Counted from the first letter of the stretch, positions 31,338 to 43,073 are shown. The stretch is 64,000 nucleotides of DNA from Clostridiales bacterium (GCA_019423795.1 JAHZAT010000024.1:336-64335); one strand, 5' to 3'. Translations and numbers: made by a program. The notes: a model not told the origin generated them from the letters alone.

Positions 31338-32300
31338 CTACCATGTAAGATAAACAGATCCCCATGTAAGTCCTCCGCCAAAACCGCTTAAAACAATCTT
31401 ATCTCCGCGATTTAACATACCTTTCTGGTTCATCTCATCTAGAAGGATTGGCACCGTTGCAGATGATGTATTGGCACATCGATCTACGTTCATCGGAAAC
31501 TTTTCGATCGGCTGTTTTAATCTTCTGGCCGCTGCCTCAATGATTCTTCGATTTGCCTGATGAAGTACAAAATATTTCACTTCTTCTTTATCAACTCCAG
31601 CTTGATCAAGCACCTTTGTAATACTCTTTGGCACCATACGGACTGCAAATTTAAATACCTCCTGCCCATCCATAGTGACCTGCTGCATTGGTGAATCATC
31701 TTTTACAAGAAGGTTGTTAAGGTGTCTTTCCTCACATGTTAAGACATCTCCTTTTGCTCCATCAGACCCTGCATCAATGTAAATCTCTCTTGAATCATCC
31801 GCTTCGACGATCGCACATCCTGCTCCATCTCCAAATAATACACAAGTGCTTCGATCACTCCAGTCAAGAATCTTAGAAAGCGTCTCAACTCCGATGATCA
31901 TCATCTTCTTGCCCATTCCTGCTCTTGCATATGCGATTGCTGTATTCAATCCATACACAAATCCTGAACATGCCGCATTGATATCCATGCACACTGCATT
32001 GACCGCTCCGATTCCCTTCTGCACCTGACAGGATGTACTTGGTGTCGCATGATCTCCTGATAACGTTGCAACAAAAATATGGTCTAATTCTTCTGCGCTG
32101 ACCCCTGCATTCTCTAATGCTTTCTTTGCTGCTTTGACTGCCATTGTTGAGGTTGTATCTTCAATTGAAATGTGCCTGCTTCGAATTCCTGTTCTTGATG
32201 AGATCCATTCATCACTTGTATCCATTACTTTGGAAAGGTCATCGTTGCTTACTGATTTTTCTGGAAGAAAACTTCCTGTTCCTAATATTTTTACAGACAT
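31338..32300 (-). CDS. fabH: 3-oxoacyl-ACP synthase III
   Basis: AACSGF, FGDGAG, HQANRRI, NTSSA. Confidence 0.96.
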   Translation of the reverse strand: MSVKILGTGSFLPEKSVSNDDLSKVMDTSDEWISSRTGIRSRHISIEDTTSTMAVKAAKKALENAGVSAEELDHIFVATLSGDHATPSTSCQVQKGIGAVNAVCMDINAACSGFVYGLNTAIAYARAGMGKKMMIIGVETLSKILDWSDRSTCVLFGDGAGCAIVEADDSREIYIDAGSDGAKGDVLTCEERHLNNLLVKDDSPMQQVTMDGQEVFKFAVRMVPKSITKVLDQAGVDKEEVKYFVLHQANRRIIEAAARRLKQPIEKFPMNVDRCANTSSATVPILLDEMNQKGMLNRGDKIVLSGFGGGLTWGSVYLTW

Positions 32301-32429
32301 AATTACTCCACTTATCTTAATCGCTTCTTTTTCTATCTTTGATCCGTCTTTATTTTGCTAAATTCTATGAATCAAAAAAACACTTTGTCTATCAAAGTAT
32401 ATTCTTTTTCTATCCGTTTGTCAACGTTC

Positions 32430-33917
32430 TTAAATAATGATGCATACAAGACCTCCATTACTTTCATTGATAATCTTTTCCATTGTATCCTGAAGCTTTT
32501 GCTGACTTTCATCGGTCATCTTTAAAGCCTTAGTCTGCATGCCATCTCCGACAAGCTGTTCCAGCGTTTTTCCAAAAATATTAACATCCCACATACTCTC
32601 TCCCGGAGTCTGTGAACCTTGTTCAATATACTCCATCAAATCTTTCGCCTGATATTCTTCTCCGACAATTGGGGCGATTTCTGTGGAAATATTGGCACGG
32701 ATCATATGAATGGATGGAGCACTTGCTTTGATCTTTACCCCATATTTGTTACCATGCTTTACGATCTGCGGCTGTTCTAATACAATTTCTTCCTTCGTTG
32801 GTGTTACCACTCCATATCCTCGCTGCTTAACTGCTGCAAGTGCTTCCCCGACTTCTTCATATTCTTTCTTTTTCTTTGAAAGTTCTCCCATGATCCGGAT
32901 AAATTCATATTCATTGTGAATTTCCATTCCCGTAGTTTCGCTTAAGAAATCATAATAATAGGAATCTCCCACTTTTACAGTTATGATTACTTCGCCACTA
33001 TCCATTGATACCGATTCTATTTTCTGGCTTGTTATGTATTTGTATTGTTTATCTTCATCATCATAGATATCTTTCATCGTTGTTTTGTTTGAAATGACAT
33101 CTCTAGCCATTTCTAGTAATTCCATTTTTAACGGATGATCTTTTTTTAACATTTCCGTCCATCTTGGAACATAAAATCCAATCGATGAAATTGGAAATTC
33201 CATTAATATACTCTTTAAAAACTGGTAGATATCATCTTTTTTCATTTGCTCCAAATTCATCGGCAACACTTTTGTTCCATATTTTTCTTCTTTTTGTTCT
33301 GCTAATTGTTTTGTACTTTCTGAATATGGATGAATCGTATTTAATAATACTACAAATGGTTTCTTTAAAGCCTTTAGCTGGTTGATTGTCTCTTCTTCCG
33401 CAGGTTCATACTGCTTTGCATCAATTTCACCAAAAGACCCATCACATGTTACAACCACCCCGATCGTAGAATGATCTGTGATAACTTTTTTTGTCCCGAT
33501 TGCTGCTGCCTTTGTAAATGGAATCTCGTAATCAAACCATGGTGTTTTTACAAGTCTCTCTTCTTCTCCTTCCATATGACCTGTTGCACCTTTTACCATA
33601 TAACCTACACAATCAATGAGGCGTACATTTAATTCTATTCCATCTTCTACTTTAATAGAAACTGCTTCATTTGGGACAAATTTCGGCTCAGTTGTCATGA
33701 TTGTTTTACCGCTTGATGACTGTGGAAGTTCATCATTCGCACGATTTCTGTCATTCTCGTCCTCGATATTGGGTAATACCATCAGGTTCATAAAACGCTT
33801 GATAAATGTGCTTTTCCCTGTACGCACCGGACCAACAACCCCTATGTAAATCTCCCCATTTGTTCTTGCCTTCATATCTTTATATACATTAAACTGATCC
33901 ATAAGTTCCTCCTTCAT
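32430..33917 (-). CDS. spoIVA: Stage IV sporulation protein A
   Basis: GVVGPVRTGKSTFIKRF, TTEPKFVP, C-terminal GGLVCIII. Confidence 0.97.
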   Translation of the reverse strand: MKEELMDQFNVYKDMKARTNGEIYIGVVGPVRTGKSTFIKRFMNLMVLPNIEDENDRNRANDELPQSSSGKTIMTTEPKFVPNEAVSIKVEDGIELNVRLIDCVGYMVKGATGHMEGEEERLVKTPWFDYEIPFTKAAAIGTKKVITDHSTIGVVVTCDGSFGEIDAKQYEPAEEETINQLKALKKPFVVLLNTIHPYSESTKQLAEQKEEKYGTKVLPMNLEQMKKDDIYQFLKSILMEFPISSIGFYVPRWTEMLKKDHPLKMELLEMARDVISNKTTMKDIYDDEDKQYKYITSQKIESVSMDSGEVIITVKVGDSYYYDFLSETTGMEIHNEYEFIRIMGELSKKKKEYEEVGEALAAVKQRGYGVVTPTKEEIVLEQPQIVKHGNKYGVKIKASAPSIHMIRANISTEIAPIVGEEYQAKDLMEYIEQGSQTPGESMWDVNIFGKTLEQLVGDGMQTKALKMTDESQQKLQDTMEKIINESNGGLVCIII

Positions 33918-33927
33918 AGACTGATAA

Positions 33928-33958
33928 AGTATATGAAGGTTCTAAAAAAAAAAGACCA
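33928..33958 (-). promoter_or_regulatory. Putative SigE promoter of spoIVA
   Basis: CATATACT -10-like box just upstream of the RBS; spoIVA is an established SigE-regulon gene. Confidence 0.5.
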
Positions 33959-34010
33959 GAAAACAGTATATTTACCGTATCTGGTCTTTTGTAACATTCC
34001 AATATGTATC

Positions 34011-34886
34011 TTATACTCCCTGGAAGAATCTTTCTTTTACTTCATCAACAGGCATATCTTTTCCTGTGAATAATTTAAAAGATGCAACTCCCTGCCATAA
34101 TAACATTCCTTTTCCTGGAACTGTGATACATCCATGTTCTTTTGCTTCTCTTAAGAATCTTGTTTCTTCTGGATTGTATACAACGTCTGCTACAACTAAT
34201 CCTTCGTGGAACATTGTTGTATCTGTGATCACTGTTGTATCTTCTTTTGGTTTCATTCCAAGCAATGTTCCATTTACTAAGATATCTGCTCCATCAATCT
34301 TTGTGCGCATTGTATCTTTTGCATCCAGATCATATAATTCCACCTGACATGCTGGTACTTTGGCTTTGATCTTCTCAACCATCTTCTGGGCTCTTTCAAA
34401 AAATGGATCTCTTGGGTTAAAAATTGTGATAGATTTTGCTCCATCTAATGCACACTGTACCTGAATGGCTGTTGCTGCTCCACCTGCTCCAAAGATTACG
34501 ATATCTTTTCCTTCAACGCTGATTCCATGATCTTTTAAGTTTGCAACAAAACCTTCACCATCTGTGATATGTCCGTATAATTTTCCGTCTCTGTTTACGA
34601 TTGTGTTTACAGCTCCGATCAGTTCTGCTGCTGGTGATAATTCGTCCATATTCTGGGCTGCTGCTGTCTTGTTTGGCATTGTAACGTTGCATCCCTGGAT
34701 ATTTAACAGACGCATGGATTTGATGAATTCTGGTACTTCCTCTTCTTTAATATCAAAGGCAAGATAAGCTCCATCGACTCCGCATGCCTGAAACCCGTAA
34801 TTCTGCATCGCTGGTGATGCGGAATGTGAAACCGGTGAACCGATCAGTCCAAATAATTTTGTTGTTCCTGAAATTCTTGCTTCCAC
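34011..34886 (-). CDS. aroE: Shikimate/quinate dehydrogenase (AroE/YdiB)
   Basis: HSASP, NVTMPNK, GAVNT, TDGEG, GAGGA. Confidence 0.92.
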   Translation of the reverse strand: MEARISGTTKLFGLIGSPVSHSASPAMQNYGFQACGVDGAYLAFDIKEEEVPEFIKSMRLLNIQGCNVTMPNKTAAAQNMDELSPAAELIGAVNTIVNRDGKLYGHITDGEGFVANLKDHGISVEGKDIVIFGAGGAATAIQVQCALDGAKSITIFNPRDPFFERAQKMVEKIKAKVPACQVELYDLDAKDTMRTKIDGADILVNGTLLGMKPKEDTTVITDTTMFHEGLVVADVVYNPEETRFLREAKEHGCITVPGKGMLLWQGVASFKLFTGKDMPVDEVKERFFQGV

Positions 34887-34932
34887 GTTTGTAATTCTCC
34901 TTTATTTCTTTATATTTTAAAAGGCAGATATT

Positions 34933-36390
34933 CTATCTTCCTTCGATGATTTCCTGAATCAAATCTCTCTCATCCATGTGATGTTTCACACCTTTGATCT
35001 CCTGATAATCTTCATGTCCTTTTCCTGCAAGGATAATAATATCTCCTGCTCCGGCATGTTCCATACAATATTTGATTGCTTCTTTACGGTCTGGGATTGT
35101 AACATATTCTCCATCTGCTTTATGAACACCAATCAAAATATCATTGATGATATCCATTGGTTCTTCATTTCTTGGGTTATCAGATGTTACAACAGTAAGA
35201 TCTGCAAGTTTTGATGATACTTCTCCCATCTCATAACGTCTTGCTTTTGCTCTGTTTCCACCACATCCAAATAAGCAATAGATCTTCTTTGGATTATATT
35301 TACGGATCGTTGTTAAAAGACTTTCAAGACTCATAGCGTTATGTGCATAGTCGATCATTAATGTATAATCTCCAGGAGTCTTGATGATCTCTAAACGTCC
35401 TTTGACCTGAATTGTATTTAATGCAGATAATACATCTTCTTTGACAATTCCCATATGGCGGCAAAGAGAGATTGCTGCCAATGAATTATATACTGTAAAA
35501 TCTCCAGGGATATCTACATGTACGTTATATTCCTGTTTCCCCTTAAGATCATACGCAACTCCAAGATATCCAGGTTCCTGAATTCTTGTGATATTCTCTG
35601 CGTAGACATCATTTGTATCTTTCATTCCATAAGTTTCAATCGCACATGTATGGTCTTTGATGATTCTTTCTACATAATCATCATCTCCATTAACGATTCC
35701 CTGCTTACACTGCTGGAATAGTAAACTCTTGCAATGAATATAATCATCCATATCTTTATGCTCATTTTCCCCAATATGGTCTTCTGCAAGGTTTGTAAAA
35801 ATTCCATAATCGAATTCAAATCCACTTGTTCGATGAAGCATCAAAGCCTGTGAAGATACTTCCATTACAACATTTTTAAGACCTGCATCTGCCATCTTAC
35901 GGAAAGATTCCTGTACGATGTAAGATTCTGGTGTTGTATTGACGGATGGAATTTTTTCATCTCCAATGATCGTCTCAATCGTTCCGATCAGTCCTGTCTT
36001 TTGTCCTGCATGTTCTAAGACTGCACGGATCATATATGTTGTTGTTGTCTTTCCTTTGGTTCCTGTGATTCCGATCGTTGTCAATTCTTCTGCCGGATAT
36101 CCAAAGTATGCTGCTGACATTTCAGCTAATGCAAGTCTTGTGTTATCAAACTTGATCACTGTTAAACTTTCTGGAACTTCTACATCTTTCTCTACAACGA
36201 TCGCTGCTGCTCCAAGCTCTGCTGCCTGTGCTGCAAACTTATGTCCATCAAAAGCTGCTCCACTGATACATACAAATACACTGCCTTTTTCAATCTTTCT
36301 TGAATCATATACTAATGTAGAAATCTCTACATCTTCACTTCCCTGTACAAGGGTATATTCTGAGCGTTCTAATAATTCTTTTAAAATCAT
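34933..36390 (-). CDS. murE: UDP-MurNAc-tripeptide synthetase (meso-DAP adding)
   Basis: TGTKGKTT, DYAHN, DNPR (DAP specificity), AGKGHE. Confidence 0.96.
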   Translation of the reverse strand: MILKELLERSEYTLVQGSEDVEISTLVYDSRKIEKGSVFVCISGAAFDGHKFAAQAAELGAAAIVVEKDVEVPESLTVIKFDNTRLALAEMSAAYFGYPAEELTTIGITGTKGKTTTTYMIRAVLEHAGQKTGLIGTIETIIGDEKIPSVNTTPESYIVQESFRKMADAGLKNVVMEVSSQALMLHRTSGFEFDYGIFTNLAEDHIGENEHKDMDDYIHCKSLLFQQCKQGIVNGDDDYVERIIKDHTCAIETYGMKDTNDVYAENITRIQEPGYLGVAYDLKGKQEYNVHVDIPGDFTVYNSLAAISLCRHMGIVKEDVLSALNTIQVKGRLEIIKTPGDYTLMIDYAHNAMSLESLLTTIRKYNPKKIYCLFGCGGNRAKARRYEMGEVSSKLADLTVVTSDNPRNEEPMDIINDILIGVHKADGEYVTIPDRKEAIKYCMEHAGAGDIIILAGKGHEDYQEIKGVKHHMDERDLIQEIIEGR

Positions 36391-36425
36391 GTTCTATCTC
36401 CAATAATTCTTCTGTCTTTCTACTC

Positions 36426-37277
36426 TTAATCGTCAATTCCTGTAAGATCGATCTCACCATCAAATACTGTTGTTGCTGGTCCTGTCATAAAGATCGTATC
36501 TTTCTCTTCATCATATTCGATCTGAAGGTCTCCACCTAAGAGATGTACTAAGACTTTCTTTCCTGTTTTCTTATTTAAATAAGATGCATAAGCACTTGCA
36601 CAGGCTCCTGTTCCGCAGGCAAGAGTTTCTCCTGCACCTCTCTCCCATACACGCATCTTAATTGTATTTTCATCAACTACTTCGATAAATTCTGTATTCA
36701 CGCGATCTGGAAACATTGGATGATTCTCAAACTTCGGTCCGATCTTCTCAATGTCAATATCTGCAACAGAATCCACAAATACAACTCCATGAGGATTTCC
36801 CATGGAAATACATGTGATATTATATTCTTTTCCATCAACGATCACTGGCTGATCGATCACTTCTGTAAGATCATCATAGATTGCTGGAATCTTAGAAGCT
36901 TCTGTAATTGGTGCTTCCATGTCAACCTTTACCCATGTAACCTTGCCATCTTCTACTGTAAGGTCTAATTCTTTGATTCCACCCTTTGTCTCGATCGTGA
37001 TCGTCGTTTTATCTGTTAGTCCATAATCATAGACATATTTAGCAATACAGCGGACACCATTTCCGCACATGGCTCCTTCAGAACCATCAGAGTTATACAT
37101 GGCCATTCTAAAATCAGCCTTATCTGACGGACAGATACAGATCATTCCATCAGAACCAATTCCAAAATGCCGGTCACTGATAAATTTTGCCACTTTATTC
37201 GGGTTATTGATCTTTTCTTCTAAACAGTTTACATATACGTAGTCATTGCCACAACCGTGCATCTTTGTAAATTTCAT
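36426..37277 (-). CDS. dapF: Diaminopimelate epimerase
   Basis: HGCGND, MCGNG, GNPH, ERGAGETLACGTG. Confidence 0.97.
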   Translation of the reverse strand: MKFTKMHGCGNDYVYVNCLEEKINNPNKVAKFISDRHFGIGSDGMICICPSDKADFRMAMYNSDGSEGAMCGNGVRCIAKYVYDYGLTDKTTITIETKGGIKELDLTVEDGKVTWVKVDMEAPITEASKIPAIYDDLTEVIDQPVIVDGKEYNITCISMGNPHGVVFVDSVADIDIEKIGPKFENHPMFPDRVNTEFIEVVDENTIKMRVWERGAGETLACGTGACASAYASYLNKKTGKKVLVHLLGGDLQIEYDEEKDTIFMTGPATTVFDGEIDLTGIDD

Positions 37278-37472
37278 GTAATCAACTCCTTTTTTGTTGT
37301 TTTACGAATAAACATTTTTATTTTATCACATCAACGTGTTAATTGTACAGATACAATCTTTGAATTTGTATTTCAAAATCAAATGATATCATTACAAAAA
37401 TAAATGAGGAATACTCCTTATCATCTTTGATAAAGAATACTCCTCATAATATTTCTTAACGATGCATAAATC

Positions 37473-38744
37473 TTATGCCTGTTCTAACAGTTTTTCAATT
37501 CCTGCTTTCTTTACACATACACAAAACAGATCCATTGCCTGCTGTAATTCTTCTACTGTAGGGTAAGAAGGTGCAAGTCTGATGTTACTGTCTTTTGGAT
37601 CTTTCTTATATGGATATGTAGCACCTGCTCCAGTTAATGTAACTCCTGCTTCTTTGGCAAGTTCCACCACTCTCTTTGCACATCCTGGAAGAACATCTAC
37701 AGATACAAAGTATCCACCCTTTGGACTTTCCCATGAAATTAATCCGCTTCCAGCAAGTTCTTTGTCTAATGTATTAAGAACTGTCTCAAATTTAGGTTTT
37801 AAACAGTCTGCTAAAATCTGCATATGTTTTCTGATTCCATCTGCATTCTTAAAGAACTGTACATGACGAAGCTGATTGATCTTGTCATATCCGATTGTCT
37901 GGGCTGTCATAACTTTCTTGATCTCTGCGATATTATCATCACTAGATGCAATAATAGATACTCCTGCACCTGGGAATGTAATCTTTGATGTTGAGAAGAA
38001 ATAGTATGCTCTGTTATCATTTCCTGCTTCTTTACATGCATCTAAGATATTCTTAACTTTCACATCCTCAAAGATTGGATGTACTCCATATGCATTATCC
38101 CAGAAGATTCTGAAATCTTTGGCTGCTGTCTTCATGGAAGCAAGACGGTCAACTGTCTCATCACTGTAGCAGATTCCCTGTGGGTTAGAATATTTTGGTA
38201 CACACCAGATTCCTTTGATACTTTCATCTTCTGCTACTAATTTCTCTACCTGATCCATATCTGGACCTTCTGGTGTCATATCAACTGTGATCAGTTCAAA
38301 TCCTAATGTTTCTGTAACCATGAAATGTCTGTCATATCCTGGTGCTGGACATAAGAATTTTACTTTCTCAAGCTGTCCCCAAGGTTTTTCTCCTTCTGTT
38401 CCAAATACGACCAGTCTTATCATCTGATCAAACATCAGATTCAGACTTGCATTTCCTCCAACGATGATATTCTTCGCTGGGATATCAAGCAGATCACTGA
38501 AAATCTCTTTCATCTCTGGAAGTCCATCAAGGACTCCGTAATTACGCACATCTAAGCCATCTTTTGCATGATAATCCGTCATCGTCTCAAGCATTCCATT
38601 TGCATGATCGATCTGGTCTGGTGCTGGTTTTCCTCTTGCCATGTTGAGTGAAAGATCAAGATCTTTAAATTCCTGATACTTTTTGTTTACTTCCACTTCC
38701 TGCGCCTGTAACTCTTCTTTTGACATTTCCCTAAATGATTCCAT
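37473..38744 (-). CDS. PLP-dependent class I/II aminotransferase (aspartate aminotransferase-like)
   Basis: LNMARGKP, PGYDRHF, VPKYSNP, WDNAY, STSKIT, IRLAP. Confidence 0.88.
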   Translation of the reverse strand: MESFREMSKEELQAQEVEVNKKYQEFKDLDLSLNMARGKPAPDQIDHANGMLETMTDYHAKDGLDVRNYGVLDGLPEMKEIFSDLLDIPAKNIIVGGNASLNLMFDQMIRLVVFGTEGEKPWGQLEKVKFLCPAPGYDRHFMVTETLGFELITVDMTPEGPDMDQVEKLVAEDESIKGIWCVPKYSNPQGICYSDETVDRLASMKTAAKDFRIFWDNAYGVHPIFEDVKVKNILDACKEAGNDNRAYYFFSTSKITFPGAGVSIIASSDDNIAEIKKVMTAQTIGYDKINQLRHVQFFKNADGIRKHMQILADCLKPKFETVLNTLDKELAGSGLISWESPKGGYFVSVDVLPGCAKRVVELAKEAGVTLTGAGATYPYKKDPKDSNIRLAPSYPTVEELQQAMDLFCVCVKKAGIEKLLEQA

Positions 38745-38813
38745 TGTTGTCTTCCTTCCTTCATGTTTTTATGTTTTGTATATGTTTATGTTTTTATATT
38801 ATATAAAATCTGA

Positions 38814-39824
38814 TTAATCCCATTCCAGATTTGTATGTTCCTGTTTTTTCTCACGAAGGAGTAAGTTTGAAACTTCCTCTTTTGGATCTGCATTTTCAAA
38901 TAGTACTCTGTTCACTGCTTCCACGATTGGTACAGATACATTGCACTTCTTTGCAAGTCCAAGGGCTGCTTTGGCTGAATATACACCTTCTACAACCATT
39001 TTTACTTCTTTCATGGCCTCATCGGCAGTCATACCTTTTCCCATTAAGTATCCTGCTTTACGATTTCGACTATGTACACTTGTACATGTAACGATTAAAT
39101 CTCCAACTCCTGTAAGTCCTGAGAATGTCTCTGGCTTTCCTCCCATGGCTTCTCCAAGACGTGTAAGCTCCGCAATTCCTCTTGTCATTAACGCTGCTTT
39201 TGTATTGTCTCCATATCCAAGACCATCAACTGTTCCGGCTGCTAATGCGATAACATTTTTTAATGCTCCTCCTAGTTCGATTCCGATAATATCTGAACTT
39301 GTGTATACACGGAATACTTTATTCATAAATACGTCCTGAAGCATCTCTGCTGTCTTTTTATTTTTTGCACCAATTACAACCGTTGTAGGAATTCCTATTC
39401 CTACTTCTTCTGCATGACTAGGTCCTGATAATACGCAAACTTCTGCATTTGGAATTTCTTCTTCGATGATATCAGATAATGTCTTATATGTAACATCTTC
39501 AATACCTTTTGCAACATTCACAATGATCTGCCCATCTTTCACGAAAGGAGACATCTGTTTTGCGACCGTACGAACAACTGGTGAAGGAACTGCCATAACA
39601 ACAACATCTTCATCTGTTAAAGCTGTTTCAAGATCTGCTTCAATTACGATATTATCTGGTAATTTTACACCTGGTAATTTTTCCTGCTGTTCTCTCTTTG
39701 TAGAAAGCATCTCGATTTCATGTGGATCATGTGTCCATAAAGTCACCTCATGTCCATTATTTGCTAATAACACTGCAAGAGCGCTTCCCCAGCTTCCTGC
39801 ACCAATAACGCTGACTTTCTTCAT
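38814..39824 (-). CDS. gpsA: NAD(P)H-dependent glycerol-3-phosphate dehydrogenase
   Basis: GAGSWG, SGPSHAEE, LKNVIA, GDLIVTC.S.HSRN. Confidence 0.97.
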   Translation of the reverse strand: MKKVSVIGAGSWGSALAVLLANNGHEVTLWTHDPHEIEMLSTKREQQEKLPGVKLPDNIVIEADLETALTDEDVVVMAVPSPVVRTVAKQMSPFVKDGQIIVNVAKGIEDVTYKTLSDIIEEEIPNAEVCVLSGPSHAEEVGIGIPTTVVIGAKNKKTAEMLQDVFMNKVFRVYTSSDIIGIELGGALKNVIALAAGTVDGLGYGDNTKAALMTRGIAELTRLGEAMGGKPETFSGLTGVGDLIVTCTSVHSRNRKAGYLMGKGMTADEAMKEVKMVVEGVYSAKAALGLAKKCNVSVPIVEAVNRVLFENADPKEEVSNLLLREKKQEHTNLEWD

Positions 39825-39838
39825 AGTCTTAGTTCCTC

Positions 39839-40462
39839 CTAACGTTTTACTTTCTGACCTAATTTATTCTCAGTACCATTCATCAAACGAACAATATTTG
39901 CACGATGGCGCCAGATTGCCATGGCCGTAAAAATACATCCAACAACGACTAATTTCCAGTCTTGTGGATTGTTAAAATACAAAATAAACGGTATGATCAG
40001 TACCATGCAGATCGATCCCAATGATACATACTTTGAAATGATCGTAATGATCAAAAATACTGCTGCACAGATCAACCCAAGCTGCCAGTGAAATGCAAAA
40101 ATAACTCCCCCTGTTGTTGCAATTCCTTTTCCACCTTTAAATCCAAGGTAAAACGGAAAATTATGTCCTAGTACTACTGCAAACCCTGTCAAAAGCCAAA
40201 GATAAGCTTCTCCCTCTACACCAAATGCAGGCATGATCACATATCTTGCAAGATTAACTGCCACAAGTCCTTTGGCTGCATCTCCAAGAAACGTAATGAT
40301 CGCTGCTGTCTTTCCGAGGGTTCTTAATGTATTCGTTGTCCCGGAATTTCCACTTCCGTAATCTCTAATGTCGATCTTGTTTACACGCCCGACAATATAT
40401 CCTGTCTGGATGCACCCAAATAAATATCCGACGATCATACACACAACAATACAAACTACCAT
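39839..40462 (-). CDS. plsY: Glycerol-3-phosphate acyltransferase
   Basis: GSGNSGTTN, GHNFP, FKGGKGIAT, RHRANI. Confidence 0.96.
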   Translation of the reverse strand: MVVCIVVCMIVGYLFGCIQTGYIVGRVNKIDIRDYGSGNSGTTNTLRTLGKTAAIITFLGDAAKGLVAVNLARYVIMPAFGVEGEAYLWLLTGFAVVLGHNFPFYLGFKGGKGIATTGGVIFAFHWQLGLICAAVFLIITIISKYVSLGSICMVLIIPFILYFNNPQDWKLVVVGCIFTAMAIWRHRANIVRLMNGTENKLGQKVKR

Positions 40463-41784
40463 TATCTTTCCTTCCTTTCCCTCGCAATGATATGGATTGG
40501 TGTTCCTCTGAATCCAAATGTATTACGGATCTGGTTTTCAAGATATCTTGTGTATGAAAAATGCATCAATTGACGATCATTGATAAATACAACAAATGTT
40601 GGTGGTTTCACAGAAACCTGTGTAATATAGTAAAGTTTTAATCTCTTTCCTTTGTCTGATGGTGGCTGTTTCATAGCAACCGCTTCTGTAAGAATCTCGT
40701 TTAAGACTCCTGTCTGTACACGTAATGCATGGTTCTCGATAACCATATCAAGTACATCAAAGATCTTAGGAAGTCGCTGTCCAGTCTTCGCAGAAATGAA
40801 AACAAGTTCTGCATAAGACATATAAGATAGTACTTCTCTGACCTGATTTGTAAATTTGTAAATTGTCTTATCGTTCTTCTCGATCAAATCCCATTTATTG
40901 ACCGCAATGATCATACCTTTTCCGCGTTCATGTGCAATTCCTGCGATCTTGGCATCCTGTTCTGTGATTCCTTCTTCTGCATCAATAACTAAGATTGCCA
41001 CATCGCAACGTTCTACAGCTGCAACAGTACGGATGACACTGTAACGTTCAATATCTTCTTTCACTCTGGCCTTCTTTCGAAGTCCCGCTGTATCGATGAA
41101 TACATATTCTTTTCCATTACGTTTCACTGTTGTATCGATCGCATCTCTTGTTGTTCCAGCAATATCAGAAACAATTAAACGATCTTCTCCTAATAACTTG
41201 TTGATCAGAGAAGATTTTCCTGCGTTTGGTTTTCCGATAATCGCAACTCTTGGTCTCTCATCTTCTTTCTCATCTGCATCCTGTGGATTACAATGAACAA
41301 GAACTTCATCTAACAGATCACCAAATCCAATCTTAGAATTTGCTGAAACTGGGAATGGCGTTCCAAGTCCCAGATTGTAAAATTCATAAGTATCCAGAAC
41401 GAATTTCTCATAATTATCTACTTTGTTGACCGCTAAAACAATTGGTTTTCCAGATCGTCTTAACATATCTGCCACCTGATAATCGGCATCAACAAGTCCC
41501 TGTCTTACGTCTGTAAGGAAGATGATCACATCAGCTGTTTCCATCGCGATCTCTGCCTGTCCTCTCATATGACTTAATAGCAGATCACCGCTATCTGGTT
41601 CAATACCGCCTGTATCAATCAATGTAAACTGGTAGTTTAACCATGTTACATCTGCATAGATACGGTCTCTTGTTACTCCCGGTGTGTCTTTTACAATTGA
41701 AATTTTTTCTCCTGCCAGTGCATTAAACAATGTAGACTTTCCTACATTGGGTCTTCCTACAATGGCAATGATCGGCTTACTCAT
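40462..41784 (-). CDS. der: Ribosome biogenesis GTPase Der
   Basis: Two G domains ([16 protein letters not shown]). Confidence 0.98.
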   Translation of the reverse strand: MSKPIIAIVGRPNVGKSTLFNALAGEKISIVKDTPGVTRDRIYADVTWLNYQFTLIDTGGIEPDSGDLLLSHMRGQAEIAMETADVIIFLTDVRQGLVDADYQVADMLRRSGKPIVLAVNKVDNYEKFVLDTYEFYNLGLGTPFPVSANSKIGFGDLLDEVLVHCNPQDADEKEDERPRVAIIGKPNAGKSSLINKLLGEDRLIVSDIAGTTRDAIDTTVKRNGKEYVFIDTAGLRKKARVKEDIERYSVIRTVAAVERCDVAILVIDAEEGITEQDAKIAGIAHERGKGMIIAVNKWDLIEKNDKTIYKFTNQVREVLSYMSYAELVFISAKTGQRLPKIFDVLDMVIENHALRVQTGVLNEILTEAVAMKQPPSDKGKRLKLYYITQVSVKPPTFVVFINDRQLMHFSYTRYLENQIRNTFGFRGTPIHIIARERKER

Positions 41785-41902
41785 AATCTATATACCTCTC
41801 TAAATGTTTCAAAAACCTGTACTGTTTCTAAGTATACCTTATCTTATGAAATTCGTCCAGTGTGAAGAATTTCACAAAATAAAATACTATTTTTATATCA
41901 TA

Positions 41903-42721
41903 TTATAATACGATGAATGCTGCTAAATTCCCACGTTTTCCATGACTTGCTCTATGTGAAAATAATAAGTCCGGATTGCAGCATGTGCAGATATCTGTAA
42001 TATCTAGATTCTCTGGAAGAATTCCTGCTTCTGTTAAAATGATCTCATTTGCTTTCCAAAGATCTAACTGATATTTTCCATTTCCTTTATCATCCAGAAA
42101 TTCCTTTGCATCATGTCCTGTCAGTTCTTTCTTAAATTTCTCTGCAACATCCTCGCTGACTTCATAGCAGCTTCGACAAATTGATGGCCCGATCGCTGCA
42201 ACGATATTTTCTTTTTTGCATCCAAATTCACTTTCCAAAAATCGTACCATCTTGGCACCGATCCTTCCAACTGTTCCTCTCCATCCAGAATGTGCCAATG
42301 CTGCAACCTTTTCTACAGGATCATAAAAGAATAATGGAACACAATCTGCATATCCTGTATAAAGCGGAATCCCTGGCTCATTTGTTGCAAGACCATCCAT
42401 ATCTTTCATGACTTTTCCGCAGTCTTCTTTTGTTACTTTATGGATTTTTGTCTCATGGATCTGATTAGAAAACACAAGTTTTGTATGATCAAATCCAATT
42501 GCTTTCCCGATTCGCCTGAAATTTTCATCCACGGCTTCCTTTTTATCACAACGGTTATAGCTTAAATTCAGTGTTGCAAACATCCCTTCACTGACTCCAC
42601 CTATCCGAGTTGAAAATCCATGTCTGACTCCTGCTTGATCTAATTTTCTAAATGTCAGATATGGAACATTTCCTTCATGTAATATCGTAGACTGATTGTC
42701 ATTTGATTTCTTAAAATGCAT
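41903..42721 (-). CDS. pgeF: Peptidoglycan editing factor PgeF (YfiH)
   Basis: HGFSTR, QIH, ADCVP, HSGWRG, GPSIC, FSHR. Confidence 0.93.
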   Translation of the reverse strand: MHFKKSNDNQSTILHEGNVPYLTFRKLDQAGVRHGFSTRIGGVSEGMFATLNLSYNRCDKKEAVDENFRRIGKAIGFDHTKLVFSNQIHETKIHKVTKEDCGKVMKDMDGLATNEPGIPLYTGYADCVPLFFYDPVEKVAALAHSGWRGTVGRIGAKMVRFLESEFGCKKENIVAAIGPSICRSCYEVSEDVAEKFKKELTGHDAKEFLDDKGNGKYQLDLWKANEIILTEAGILPENLDITDICTCCNPDLLFSHRASHGKRGNLAAFIVL

Positions 42722-43058
42722 GTTTTATCACCCTGATCTTCTTTCCTAAAATCTCTACTACATCAAAACGCATCTGCTGTTCAAAGGATAAATGATTCTT
42801 CTTTAAATAAATCATTGCACTCTTTCGAATCTTTTGCTGTTTTCTTTGATCTACAGCCTGTGCCGGATATCCTTTTTTATCATCTTTTCTGTATTTCACT
42901 TCCACAAAAACCAATGTTTGACCTTCTTTTGCTATGATATCAATCTCTCCGACTTTCGTATAGAAGTTTTGTTCAAGAATATCATATCCTTGCTGTCCTA
43001 AAAACCAGCAGGCAATCGCTTCTGCCTTTGCCCCGGTTTCTCTGTTATTCTTCTTCAT
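42711..43058 (-). CDS. YraN family protein
   Basis: GEIDII, VFVEVKYR, RFDVV. Confidence 0.93.
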   Translation of the reverse strand: MKKNNRETGAKAEAIACWFLGQQGYDILEQNFYTKVGEIDIIAKEGQTLVFVEVKYRKDDKKGYPAQAVDQRKQQKIRKSAMIYLKKNHLSFEQQMRFDVVEILGKKIRVIKHAF

Positions 43059-43073
43059 ATTATATAGTTCTTT

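Noticed and set aside
37473..38744. LL-DAP aminotransferase (dapL), suggested by the neighbouring dapF and murE
   Set aside because: The motifs fit a different class I aminotransferase subgroup, so dapL cannot be supported from sequence.
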